Origin: Candidatus Saccharimonadota bacterium
Lineage (GTDB): Bacteria; Pseudomonadota; Gammaproteobacteria; Enterobacterales; Enterobacteriaceae
Length of the DNA: 32,000 nucleotides
Direction of reading: 5' to 3'
NCBI RefSeq assembly: GCF_000185985.2
Contig: NC_014909.2
Location: 570,001 to 602,000, forward strand
Both the position numbers and the translations under genes were made by a program. Of this stretch, positions 20,997 to 29,888 are shown one piece after another. Position 1 is the stretch's first letter. Each line of letters opens with the position of its first letter. The notes under the pieces are model-generated. The model saw only the letters and a list, made by a program, of their open reading frames with translations, made no database searches and was not told where the DNA came from.

Positions 20997-21493
20997 ATGA
21001 TATTACAACCTGGAATTAAAGCTCCAATTTTTAATAATATACTTGACCAAAATGGAATATTGATTAATTCTTCTTCTTTTTTAGAAAAAAATACTAATAT
21101 ATTTTTATCTAAAAACCATGACATCCAAGATGTACTATTCAAACTTAAAAATTACACGACAAAATGAATATTTTTAACACACTACAGGTAAAAATTGTTG
21201 AAATTAGCTCAGATACACCAAGAAAATTATTAACCTTTTCTAAAAAAAAATATTAAATTTCACACTTTATTATCTGATTCAAAAACACCAAATCTCTAAT
21301 ACATTTTTAGCGCATAAAGAAAAAAATTTATGGGTAAAAATATAACGGTATTCATCGAATTAGTTTTTTAATTAATGAACAAGACATCTTTGAACAAGTA
21401 TTTAAAAAATTTCAACCTAACAATCATATTCAAATAATTTTAAATTATTTACAAAAAATCAACTCATTGTTCACCTTAGTAGTATTAAGATAA
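20997..21493 (+). pseudogene. bcp: bcp pseudogene (thiol peroxidase / peroxiredoxin Bcp): one frameshift plus seven in-frame stops
   Basis: From the ATG at 20997: MILQPGIKAPIFNNILDQNGILINSSSFLEKNTNIF, versus E. coli MNPLKAGDIAPKFSLPDQDGEQVNLTDFQGQRVLVYF. After a frame change near 21090-21100, frame 2 reads HPRCTIQT*KLHDKMN..VKIVEISSDTPRKL..KYNGIHRISFLINEQDIFEQVF..ILNYL. This is gapless against TPGCTVQACGLRDNMD..VDVLGISTDKPEKL..TYDGIHRISFLIDADGKIEHVF..VLNWL. Stops start at 21110, 21119, 21146, 21254, 21275, 21308 and 21335. The position after dapA matches E. coli (dapA, gcvR, bcp). Confidence 0.85.
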
Positions 21494-21681
21494 TATTACA
21501 TTAGTATTATATTTAAAAAATTATACACTTACTTATGAGAATATAACGATATATCCTATCTATCAAATATTATCGTGCAACACTATACATTATATCTTCT
21601 TATATTATTGAATTTATATTCATACATTAACTTTTATAATGAAATATCATGAAAATAAAATAATTATCTCGTTTTATTATT

Positions 21682-22308
21682 TTATTTGGTTCCAAAAATT
21701 TTATCTCCAGCATCTCCAAGGCCAGGGATAATATAACCATATTTATTGAGTTTTTGATCAATTGAGGCTAAATATAATTCAATATCTGGATGTTTTTGTT
21801 CTAAAGCTGTAATTCCTTCTGGAGCAGCTACTAAAGACAAAATTTTTATATTGTTACATCCTGCTTGTTTCAATAAATTAATAGCGGCAATTATAGTTCC
21901 TCCAGTAGCTAACATAGGATCTAATAACATTGCCATTCGTTCATTAATCTTAGATGCTAATTTATGAAAATAAGGTATTGGTTCTAAGGTAATTTCGTCT
22001 CTATACACCCCTATCATGCTAATACGAGCACTAGGAATATGTTCCAAAACACCATCCATCATACCTAATCCAGCTCTTAAAATAGGTACTATTGTTATTT
22101 TTTTTCCTTTGATACGTGTAATTTTTACTAACCCACTCCATCCTTTAATAGTTACTGTTTCTATTTCTAAATTATCAGTAGCGACGTAAGTTAATAAACT
22201 TCCCAATTCTGCAGACAACTCTCTAAAACGTTTAGTACTAATATCACAAATACGCATTAATCCTAACTTATGTTGTACCAAAGGATGTTTAATTTCAATT
22301 ATTTTCAT
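21682..22308 (-). CDS. upp: Uracil phosphoribosyltransferase
   Basis: [19 protein letters not shown].. matches E. coli Upp from residue 1 (MKIVEVKHPLVKHKLGLMR), so the ATG at 22308 is preferred over the ORF-track start at 22320. C-terminus ..[17 protein letters not shown] is identical to E. coli. Confidence 0.96.
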   Translation of the reverse strand: MKIIEIKHPLVQHKLGLMRICDISTKRFRELSAELGSLLTYVATDNLEIETVTIKGWSGLVKITRIKGKKITIVPILRAGLGMMDGVLEHIPSARISMIGVYRDEITLEPIPYFHKLASKINERMAMLLDPMLATGGTIIAAINLLKQAGCNNIKILSLVAAPEGITALEQKHPDIELYLASIDQKLNKYGYIIPGLGDAGDKIFGTK

Positions 22309-22918
22309 ACTATAGTACATTCCTTATAAATACATTATTCTATTATATCAAAAAAAATATTATAATTTGTGATCATAATTCATTACACATAATCAACAAT
22401 GAGATAACAATATGTAAACTATTTTTTAAATATTAAATATATATGTAACAAAAATTACTATATTAAAATTTTACTCTGTATTCTTCTTAATAAAATTTTA
22501 AATATCCTTTAATAATTTATGATATTGTTTATGAATTAATAATATTTTTTACCTAATATATCTGTAATATCAGATATTTTATACCAATGAAAAAAAATAA
22601 AGCAAAAACCAGGATTGCAAAAGGAGTTTTTTTAATCAGTTTTATCGTATTATTTGCTCGGTTAATCTTTTCTTTGATACAATCCTGGGATTTTTATAAA
22701 AAAACAACTCTTACTTCCATCCCCATCATACTACAAATAATGACAAACATATATGTTAATCTATTTTTATAACTATACATTACTTGTAGTATAATGTTAT
22801 TATTAATATTCATTATATAATAATGGTGATTATTTTTGTTGGATCAATATATATTGATTCTGAATTTATTTATTACTGCACAAAATAAATATGATTCAAA
22901 AAAATAGATTTTAATGCT

Positions 22919-23551
22919 TTACATAAACACTTCTTGTTGTGATATAAAATCAATAATATTTTGTACTCCATCACCTATTTTAAGATTAGTAAAAATCCAA
23001 GAACCCTTCTTATTATGACGAGCTAAATTAATATCGCTATTCATAATATCCAATGAAGCTCCAACATATATAGCTAAATCAATCTTATTAACTATCAATA
23101 AATCAGACTTAGTGATTCCAGGCCCTCCTTTACGAGGTATTTTATCCCCTGCAGCGACATCAATAACATAAAAATTTAAATTTGTTAAATCCGGACTAAA
23201 TGTAGCACTTAAATTATCCCCTCCACTCTCTACAAAAATAATATCTAAATTTTTAAATTTATTTGTTAATTCATCAATAGCTAATAAATTCATGGATGCA
23301 TCTTCTCTAATAGCAGTATGAGGACACCCACCTGTTTCTATTCCAATAATACGATCAGCTTCTAAAGCACCTGAATCTACTAAAATACGTTTATCTTCTG
23401 TAGTATAAATATCATTAGTTACGACTGCTAATTGATATTTATTTTTAAGTCTTTTACATAAAACCTCAATTAATGAAGTTTTTCCTGAACCGACAGGCCC
23501 ACCTACTCCAATCTTAAGAGGTTTAATTCTATTATTTTTTAATACTACCAT
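22919..23551 (-). CDS. ureG: Urease accessory GTPase UreG
   Basis: 210 aa. P-loop GGPVGSGKT, Ni-binding CPH motif ([13 protein letters not shown]) and NKIDL are present. There is no His-rich N-terminal extension. Confidence 0.95.
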   Translation of the reverse strand: MVVLKNNRIKPLKIGVGGPVGSGKTSLIEVLCKRLKNKYQLAVVTNDIYTTEDKRILVDSGALEADRIIGIETGGCPHTAIREDASMNLLAIDELTNKFKNLDIIFVESGGDNLSATFSPDLTNLNFYVIDVAAGDKIPRKGGPGITKSDLLIVNKIDLAIYVGASLDIMNSDINLARHNKKGSWIFTNLKIGDGVQNIIDFISQQEVFM

Positions 23552-23673
23552 CGTTTTTTTAAAATCCTAAAATAATATTATACATCCTGAAATAATATCA
23601 TAATCATTATTATATAAATAAAAATTTAACATACTACTCAAATAATCAAAAACCAATTACATATCAAATATAA

Positions 23674-24357
23674 CTAAGAACGAAACAGTCGAGAATATTG
23701 AATCTCATGACATGAAGATGCTATAGATTTACATAAAAAATTACTGCCTAATTCAAAATCTGATACACTTTTAGATCGATCCCAAACTTGTGAAAAAAAA
23801 CTTGACAAATATCTTATTAACTGTTGTGCTATATTTTGACCAAAAGGTAATAATTTTAATCCTATAATTACAGAAGATTCTAAAATATTATAAGCATATC
23901 CTAATGCTAAATTTTTAATAGGAATATCCCAAGCGTGACCCAACCATGCCACGGATGCTAATCCACTATATTGAAAACCTGAGATCCAATTCTCATCAAC
24001 AGGAGAATACCATTGCAAAATTAATTTAGACATTGCTTTACCACGTTGCTGTTCCTCTACTCTTAACTCATAAGTATCTCGATATGATAAAACTTGTACA
24101 GCACATTGCTCAAATTTCACAGCATCATTAATTTCAGCACAATTATAACAACGCTTTAACATAGGCCAATCTAAATACATTAATTCACCATAAATCCATT
24201 GTTTTTGCCAATCTAAAAAATTTTCAATAGATTTAATCCATCCAAATTCGATTGCTGATTCTAATCCTTTAGAATAACTAAAACTCCCCACCGGTAAATT
24301 AGAACTAACTAATTGCATAAGCGATAATAACGATCCATCACTTTTATATGTATTCAT
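23674..24357 (-). CDS. ureF: Urease accessory protein UreF
   Basis: 227 aa. LLSLMQLVSSNLPVGSFSYSKGLE matches the conserved UreF N-terminal motif (LLQL.S..LPVG.[FY]SYS.GLE). Lies between ureC and ureG. Confidence 0.88.
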   Translation of the reverse strand: MNTYKSDGSLLSLMQLVSSNLPVGSFSYSKGLESAIEFGWIKSIENFLDWQKQWIYGELMYLDWPMLKRCYNCAEINDAVKFEQCAVQVLSYRDTYELRVEEQQRGKAMSKLILQWYSPVDENWISGFQYSGLASVAWLGHAWDIPIKNLALGYAYNILESSVIIGLKLLPFGQNIAQQLIRYLSSFFSQVWDRSKSVSDFELGSNFLCKSIASSCHEIQYSRLFRS

Positions 24358-24687
24358 CGTTGATCAAGAATTATAAATACTTTTTATAAATATATTCAAA
24401 AACATATTTTTATATACTAAAATATACATTTTACTATCTCCTGATAGTATAATTATTCATCTCGTATTCTTAAATATACCCAATTGCATACACGCACAAA
24501 AAAATATGAATATAAATTCATTAATATCAATATCAGTAATAACTGCTTCTTATTAATATGCTTATCAATAAAAATGCAATATCTACCTTGCATCAAGCAA
24601 TACACATCTATTAACTAAAACAACAATACATTTTCAATCTACACCCTCCCATTCTAATGGTAAAATATATATACATAAAAATCAATT
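24358..24687 (-). pseudogene. ureE: Probable heavily decayed ureE (Ni metallochaperone) relic occupying the ureC-ureF spacer
   Basis: No ORF. One minus-strand frame contains NRCVLL, AVIT, ACMQLG (24495-24478) and SGDSKMY. These appear in the same order and with similar spacing as K. aerogenes UreE PRGLLL, QVIA, ACYHLG(NRH) and PGELRY (recalled from memory). That frame has nine stops in 110 codons. The location is where ureE sits in canonical ureDABCEFG clusters. Confidence 0.4.
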
Positions 24688-26391
24688 TTAAAATAAAAAA
24701 TAACGTTGAGACATAGGTAATACAGAAACAGGCTCACAAATTAATAACTCCCCATCCGCCCGTACTTCATATGTTTGAGGATCCACTTCAATCACAGGTT
24801 GCCATGTATTATGAATCATATCTCTTTTTTGAATATTTCTACATTGTTTAACTTTTCCAATCAAACTAATCAATTTTAAACGACCTATTATATCTAAGCT
24901 ATAACTAATTTTAGATACAAATGTCATTCGAATAAAACGCTTTGCCTGATCACATTCCCCAAACATTGATCTATAATATACTGGTTGTGGAGTAGGTATA
25001 GAAGCATTGGGATCTCCCATAATTGAAGATACAATCATGCCTCCTTTTATCACCAAATCAGGTTTAATCCCAAAAAATGAAGGATTCCATAATATCAAAT
25101 CTGCTAATTTTCCCTGTTCTACAGAACCAACTTCATGAGCAATACCATGAGTTATAGCAGGATTAATCGTATATTTAGCAATATATCTTTTTATACGCAT
25201 ATTATCACTGTATCTATCATCTTCCTTTAATGATCCACGTTGTAATTTCATTTTATCTGCAGTTTGCCAAGTCCTTAAAATTGTTTCACCAATTCTACCC
25301 ATAGCTTGAGAATCAGAAGAAATCATAGATAAAGCACCCAAATCATGTAAAATATCCTCTGCAGCAATTGTCTCTCTTCGAATTCTAGAGTCTGCAAAAG
25401 CTATATCCTCAGGAAGACTGCAATTCAAATTATGACAAACCATCATCATATCTAGATGTTCATCAATGGTATTAATAGTATATGGCATCGTAGGATTAGT
25501 AGACGATGGTAAAATATTACTAAATTCACACATTCGTATAATATCTGGAGAATGCCCTCCTCCCGCTCCTTCAGTATGATAAGTATGTATTGTTCTATTA
25601 TTTATAGCAGATATTGTATCCTCTACAAATCCGGATTCATTTAAAGTATCTGTATGTATAGAAACTTGAATATCAAATTGATCTGCGACATTTAAACAAC
25701 AATCAATAACAGCTGGAGTTGCACCCCAATCTTCATGTATTTTTAAACCAACCACTCCAGATTCTACTTGTTCTATTAAAGCCTCTGGTAATGAGGCGCT
25801 ACCTTTGCCAGTAAAACCAATATTAATAGGTAACGAATCCGCTGCTTGTAACATCCGAGATATAAACCATGGCCCAGGAGTGCAAGTTGTTGCATTAGTT
25901 CCGGTTGCTGGTCCTGTACCTCCTCCAATTAACGTAGTAATACCAGAACATAACGCTTCTTCTATTTGTTGAGGACAAACAAAATGCACGTGCGTATCAA
26001 CTCCTCCTGCAGTAATAATCTTTCCTTCTGCTGCAATTACTTCTGTTCCAGGACCAATACATATAGTCACTCCAGGTTGGACATCCGGATTGCCTGCTTT
26101 TCCAACTTTAACAATACGACCATTAGCTATTCCAAGATCAGCTTTGACAATGCCCCAATAATCTATAATTATTGCATTAATTAACACTAAATCAACACAC
26201 TCTTTGTTACTTAATTGACTTTGCCCCATACCGTCTCGTATAACCTTACCACCTCCAAATTTTAATTCTTCCCCATATACAGTAAAATCTTTCTCTATCC
26301 TAGCCCATAAATTCGTATCCGCTAATCTAATAGAATCGCCACAAGTTGGGCCATACATTTCCGCATACGCTTTTCTATTTAATTTATACAT
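24688..26391 (-). CDS. ureC: Urease alpha (catalytic) subunit
   Basis: 567 aa. Ni ligands and active-site motifs are intact: [18 protein letters not shown] (carbamylated Lys), [32 protein letters not shown]. Confidence 0.97.
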   Translation of the reverse strand: MYKLNRKAYAEMYGPTCGDSIRLADTNLWARIEKDFTVYGEELKFGGGKVIRDGMGQSQLSNKECVDLVLINAIIIDYWGIVKADLGIANGRIVKVGKAGNPDVQPGVTICIGPGTEVIAAEGKIITAGGVDTHVHFVCPQQIEEALCSGITTLIGGGTGPATGTNATTCTPGPWFISRMLQAADSLPINIGFTGKGSASLPEALIEQVESGVVGLKIHEDWGATPAVIDCCLNVADQFDIQVSIHTDTLNESGFVEDTISAINNRTIHTYHTEGAGGGHSPDIIRMCEFSNILPSSTNPTMPYTINTIDEHLDMMMVCHNLNCSLPEDIAFADSRIRRETIAAEDILHDLGALSMISSDSQAMGRIGETILRTWQTADKMKLQRGSLKEDDRYSDNMRIKRYIAKYTINPAITHGIAHEVGSVEQGKLADLILWNPSFFGIKPDLVIKGGMIVSSIMGDPNASIPTPQPVYYRSMFGECDQAKRFIRMTFVSKISYSLDIIGRLKLISLIGKVKQCRNIQKRDMIHNTWQPVIEVDPQTYEVRADGELLICEPVSVLPMSQRYFLF

Positions 26392-26397
26392 AAGATA

Positions 26398-26706
26398 TTA
26401 ACTTAATCTCCTCATAATTTTTTTGCAAAAACCAAAAATTTTTAATTTTCCTGAATATTGCACTAACTCTACTTTTCTAGTTTGACCTGGTTCAAACCGT
26501 ATTGATGTTCCTGATGGAATATTTAATCGAAACCCAATAGCAACATCTCTATTAAATTTCAAAAAATTATTTACCTCATAAAAATGAAAATGAGATCCAA
26601 CTTGTACTGGCCTGTCTCCATAATTTAAAACCATAACAGTAGAATATCTTCGTCCAGAATTTAACTCTATTAATCCATCTATTATATACAACTCACCTGG
26701 AATCAT
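26398..26706 (-). CDS. ureB: Urease beta subunit
   Basis: MIPGELYI.. is the typical UreB start. The ORF-track start at 26715 is a TTG adding 3 aa, and the ATG lies at 26706. The stop is 6 nt before the ureC start. Confidence 0.92.
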   Translation of the reverse strand: MIPGELYIIDGLIELNSGRRYSTVMVLNYGDRPVQVGSHFHFYEVNNFLKFNRDVAIGFRLNIPSGTSIRFEPGQTRKVELVQYSGKLKIFGFCKKIMRRLS

Positions 26707-26742
26707 AATTTTCAATTTCCATATATTACGTTAAACTTTTTA

Positions 26743-27045
26743 TTAAATTATTGGATCATGTATGGTTACTAACTTAGTCCCATCAGGAAAAGTAGCTTCT
26801 ACCTGAACATTAGAAATCATTTCTGGCACTCCTAACATTACATCATTTCTACTTAACACAGATTTACCTAATTCCATTAATTCAGATACATTTTTACCCT
26901 CACGAGCACCTTCTAAAATAACAGCACTTATCAAAGCTATAGCTTCAGGATAATTTAATTTTAACCCTCTATTACGTCTTTTTTCTGCTACTAAAGCAGC
27001 CATGAATATTAATAACTTATCTTTTTCTCTGGGTAATAATTTCAT
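26743..27045 (-). CDS. ureA: Urease gamma subunit
   Basis: 100 aa. [60 protein letters not shown] is near-canonical UreA. Confidence 0.96.
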   Translation of the reverse strand: MKLLPREKDKLLIFMAALVAEKRRNRGLKLNYPEAIALISAVILEGAREGKNVSELMELGKSVLSRNDVMLGVPEMISNVQVEATFPDGTKLVTIHDPII

Positions 27046-27065
27046 AAAATTATAAAATCCCTATT

Positions 27066-27929
27066 TTATGTAAACCACACACGTGGTATCACAGCTTTTT
27101 TACCAATTATAACAGGACGTATTATACTCCAAATTCTAAACAACAACTTTCTTAGCTTGTGACTATCATTACCTAATAACCTCACTATTAATAATGTATT
27201 TAATAATGTCGCCCCTCCTATTTGCTCATCTACAATAGATCGCACTAATTGTTGAACTTGTTTTAACATCATTAAATTCGCTGGAATTGCAAATAAAAAA
27301 GCACTAATTTTAAATCCACCCAATTGGGTGTTAACACAATTCTCTTGTTGATCACTAACTCTTAAACGATCTCTTAACCCAACACAACCAAATTTACATA
27401 TATATAAAGAAACATCTATTTTTTTTGGAATTTCATGCACTCCAATAATATTAGTACTACCAAAACATAGAATTTCAAATGAAATCATGCAAGCTCCTTT
27501 GTCCAACTGAAAAGTCGTATGTATTCGTGCCTTCGATTTAGGCAAAAAAATATTACCTTGAGGGATCCATTCTAAAACAGCATTACTTTTTATTCTAAAG
27601 AAATTTTCTTGATATGCTACCTTTCCATTAGTTCTATAAAATTTACTGAAACTAGGAGTAGTTAGCAATGCACGACTTCCAGGTTCCAAATTTACTAATA
27701 ACCGCAATTGATCTCCACCTACCATTCCTCCAGGAGGATGTAATAAATATACATGAGGTGTCATTTCATCATCTTCTGGATAAAAACTTTTTTGTACCAT
27801 AAATGGGCCCAAATGACTATTTTTCACTAATACACTGCGTCTTTTTTTCAAAGAAAAACTTAATTCTAATTTTCCCAACCACCCATCATGCAATTTATAT
27901 AACCACACATCTTTTATCACAATAATCAC
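27066..27929 (-). CDS. ureD: Urease accessory protein UreD (UreH); non-ATG start
   Basis: 287 aa ORF. GWLGKLELSF..GPFMVQKSFYPE....HVYLLHPPGGMVGGDQL..SKFYR..PRVWFT is collinear with K. aerogenes UreD (GWQATLDLRF..GPLTVQRPFYPE..HLYLLHPPGGIVGGDEL..SKFYR..PRIWLT). The frame opens after a TAG at 27935-27933. There is no in-frame ATG before the conserved N-terminus. Candidate starts are GTG at 27929 or 27920. Confidence 0.88.
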   Translation of the reverse strand: MIIVIKDVWLYKLHDGWLGKLELSFSLKKRRSVLVKNSHLGPFMVQKSFYPEDDEMTPHVYLLHPPGGMVGGDQLRLLVNLEPGSRALLTTPSFSKFYRTNGKVAYQENFFRIKSNAVLEWIPQGNIFLPKSKARIHTTFQLDKGACMISFEILCFGSTNIIGVHEIPKKIDVSLYICKFGCVGLRDRLRVSDQQENCVNTQLGGFKISAFLFAIPANLMMLKQVQQLVRSIVDEQIGGATLLNTLLIVRLLGNDSHKLRKLLFRIWSIIRPVIIGKKAVIPRVWFT

Positions 27930-28180
27930 GTACTATATTAATTTTTATTAAAGTACTATGCATTTTTAATACATCACTCATTATGCATAGAATAAATACA
28001 TTTTTCTTTATCTACACATTATGTCAAAAACTTAAAACCTACCACAACATTACTGTTTTTAAAAAAACCCAACAGCCTTGATCTTCATATTATTTATATT
28101 CACTAAATAACACAACAATACATACAATTTTTTATCCTTATCTTATTTATCTTGTACTCTTAATAACTTAGCATCATCAA

Positions 28181-29770
28181 TCATTCCCATTCAATAGTAG
28201 CAGGAGGTTTAGACGAAATGTCATATACGACACGAGATACATCCTGAATTTCATTCACAATCCGATTAGATACTTTATCTAAAAAATCATAAGGTAAATT
28301 TACCCATTTAGCAGTCATAAAATCTATTGTTTCCACTGCTCTTAACGCTATAACCCATTTATATTTACGATTATCTCCTTGTACTCCTACTGAAGATATA
28401 GGCAAAAACACTGCAAACGCTTGATTAATTTTAGTATATAAATTTCTATTACGAAGCTCTTCAATAAATATTTGATCTGCTTGTCTTAATATATTACAAT
28501 ATTCCTCTTTTACTTCTCCTAATATCCTCACAGCCATTCCAGGTCCTGGAAATGGGTGTTTATATACTACGTCCTGAGGTAACCCCAATCTCAAACCAAT
28601 TTTACGTACTTCATCTTTAAATAATGTTTTTATAGGTTCTAATAATTTTATATTTAAATAATCCGGCAGACCTCCTACATTATGATGGGATTTAATTACA
28701 TTAGGTGTTGAATTATTATACACTGCAGATATACCAGATTCAATTACATCTGAACATACAGTCCCCTGAACAAGCCATTTAATATTTTTTACTTTATCGC
28801 TATTAATATATGTTTCAAATATTTCTATAAATACCCTACCCACTACTTTCCTTTTTTCTTCTGGATCCACAACACCAACTAAAGCACTTAAAAATCGTTT
28901 CTCCTCTGATAAGCACACAATGTTTAAATATTGATACTTTTTTTTAAAACTACTAAGTTTTTCAATTTCATCATAACATAACAACCCATTATTCACAAAC
29001 ACACACACAAAATTATTACCAATTGCATATTTTAATAATAAAGCAGTAACACACGAATCAATCCCTCCAGAAAAAGCAAGCACTACTCTATCCCTACCCA
29101 CTACTGCTCTCACTGTTTTAATAATATCTTTAATAATATTACTCGGTTTCCAAAAAGATTCACATTTACAAATATCGGTAACAAATCTATTTAAAATATT
29201 ATTCCCTTTTTTAGTATGAGTAACTTCTGGGTGAAATTGTACCCCATACCAATGATATTTTTTATGAGCCATAATAGCAATCTTATTATATTGAGTTAAA
29301 CCAACAATATTAAACTCATCAGGAATAACAGTAACTACATCCCTATGACTCATCCACACATCTAATATTCTATACCCGTCTCGATTAGTAGAATCATAAA
29401 TACCATTCACTAATATATTTTCGGTAACAATCTTTACTCGAGCATAACCAAACTCTCCTTGATTATCAGAATATCGCACCGTGCCGCCTAATTGGGCAAC
29501 CATAATTTGCATACCGTAACATATTCCCAGTATTGGAATATTTAATTTAAAAATAACACTAGGAATACATGGATTATCTTTCTGAGTTACACTACATGGA
29601 CCTCCAGAAAGAATAATGCCATGAGGATTTAGTTCATAAAATTTCGATACGTTACAATTCCAAGCATATGAAACAGAATAAACTCCCAATTCCCTAATTC
29701 TTTTCAAAACTAATTGAGTATATTGAGATCCAAAATCCACAACCAAAATCCGATATTTAGTGCATTGCAT
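28181..29770 (-). CDS. guaA: GMP synthase (glutamine-hydrolysing)
   Basis: 529 aa, collinear with E. coli GuaA (ILVVDFGSQYTQL, GICYGMQ, QFHPEVTHT, SGGIDS, KSHHNVGGLP, ..SKPPATIEWE at the C-terminus). Confidence 0.97.
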   Translation of the reverse strand: MQCTKYRILVVDFGSQYTQLVLKRIRELGVYSVSYAWNCNVSKFYELNPHGIILSGGPCSVTQKDNPCIPSVIFKLNIPILGICYGMQIMVAQLGGTVRYSDNQGEFGYARVKIVTENILVNGIYDSTNRDGYRILDVWMSHRDVVTVIPDEFNIVGLTQYNKIAIMAHKKYHWYGVQFHPEVTHTKKGNNILNRFVTDICKCESFWKPSNIIKDIIKTVRAVVGRDRVVLAFSGGIDSCVTALLLKYAIGNNFVCVFVNNGLLCYDEIEKLSSFKKKYQYLNIVCLSEEKRFLSALVGVVDPEEKRKVVGRVFIEIFETYINSDKVKNIKWLVQGTVCSDVIESGISAVYNNSTPNVIKSHHNVGGLPDYLNIKLLEPIKTLFKDEVRKIGLRLGLPQDVVYKHPFPGPGMAVRILGEVKEEYCNILRQADQIFIEELRNRNLYTKINQAFAVFLPISSVGVQGDNRKYKWVIALRAVETIDFMTAKWVNLPYDFLDKVSNRIVNEIQDVSRVVYDISSKPPATIEWE

Positions 29771-29888
29771 ATATTCTATTTAATCTTCAGTAATTAAAAT
29801 TAGCTAAATATATGATATCGTATACCATAACTTTCCATCTTAACTCATATAAAAATCGTATCCATAACTAACAATAATAATTCCTTTT

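Noticed and set aside
20885-21142. 85-aa minus-strand ORF
   Set aside because: It is antisense to the bcp pseudogene, its track start is a TTG, and its composition is low-complexity Ile/Asn/Leu/Phe. The plus-strand Bcp homology explains this DNA better.
22587-22772. 61-aa plus-strand ORF (MKKNKAKTRIAKGVFLISFIVLFARLIFSLI...) with a possible TM helix, between upp and ureG
   Set aside because: I recognise no homology. By a rough estimate, one or two stop-free runs of this length are expected by chance in the roughly 7 kb of AT-rich spacer in this window. A small membrane protein cannot be excluded, but I cannot support it.
22843-22858. 16-bp perfect palindrome ATCAATATATATTGAT, about 60 bp beyond the ureG stop
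   Set aside because: The stem is entirely A/T apart from one C-G pair per arm and would form a very weak hairpin. The flanks give a U-tract only for the plus strand. This is not enough to call a terminator.
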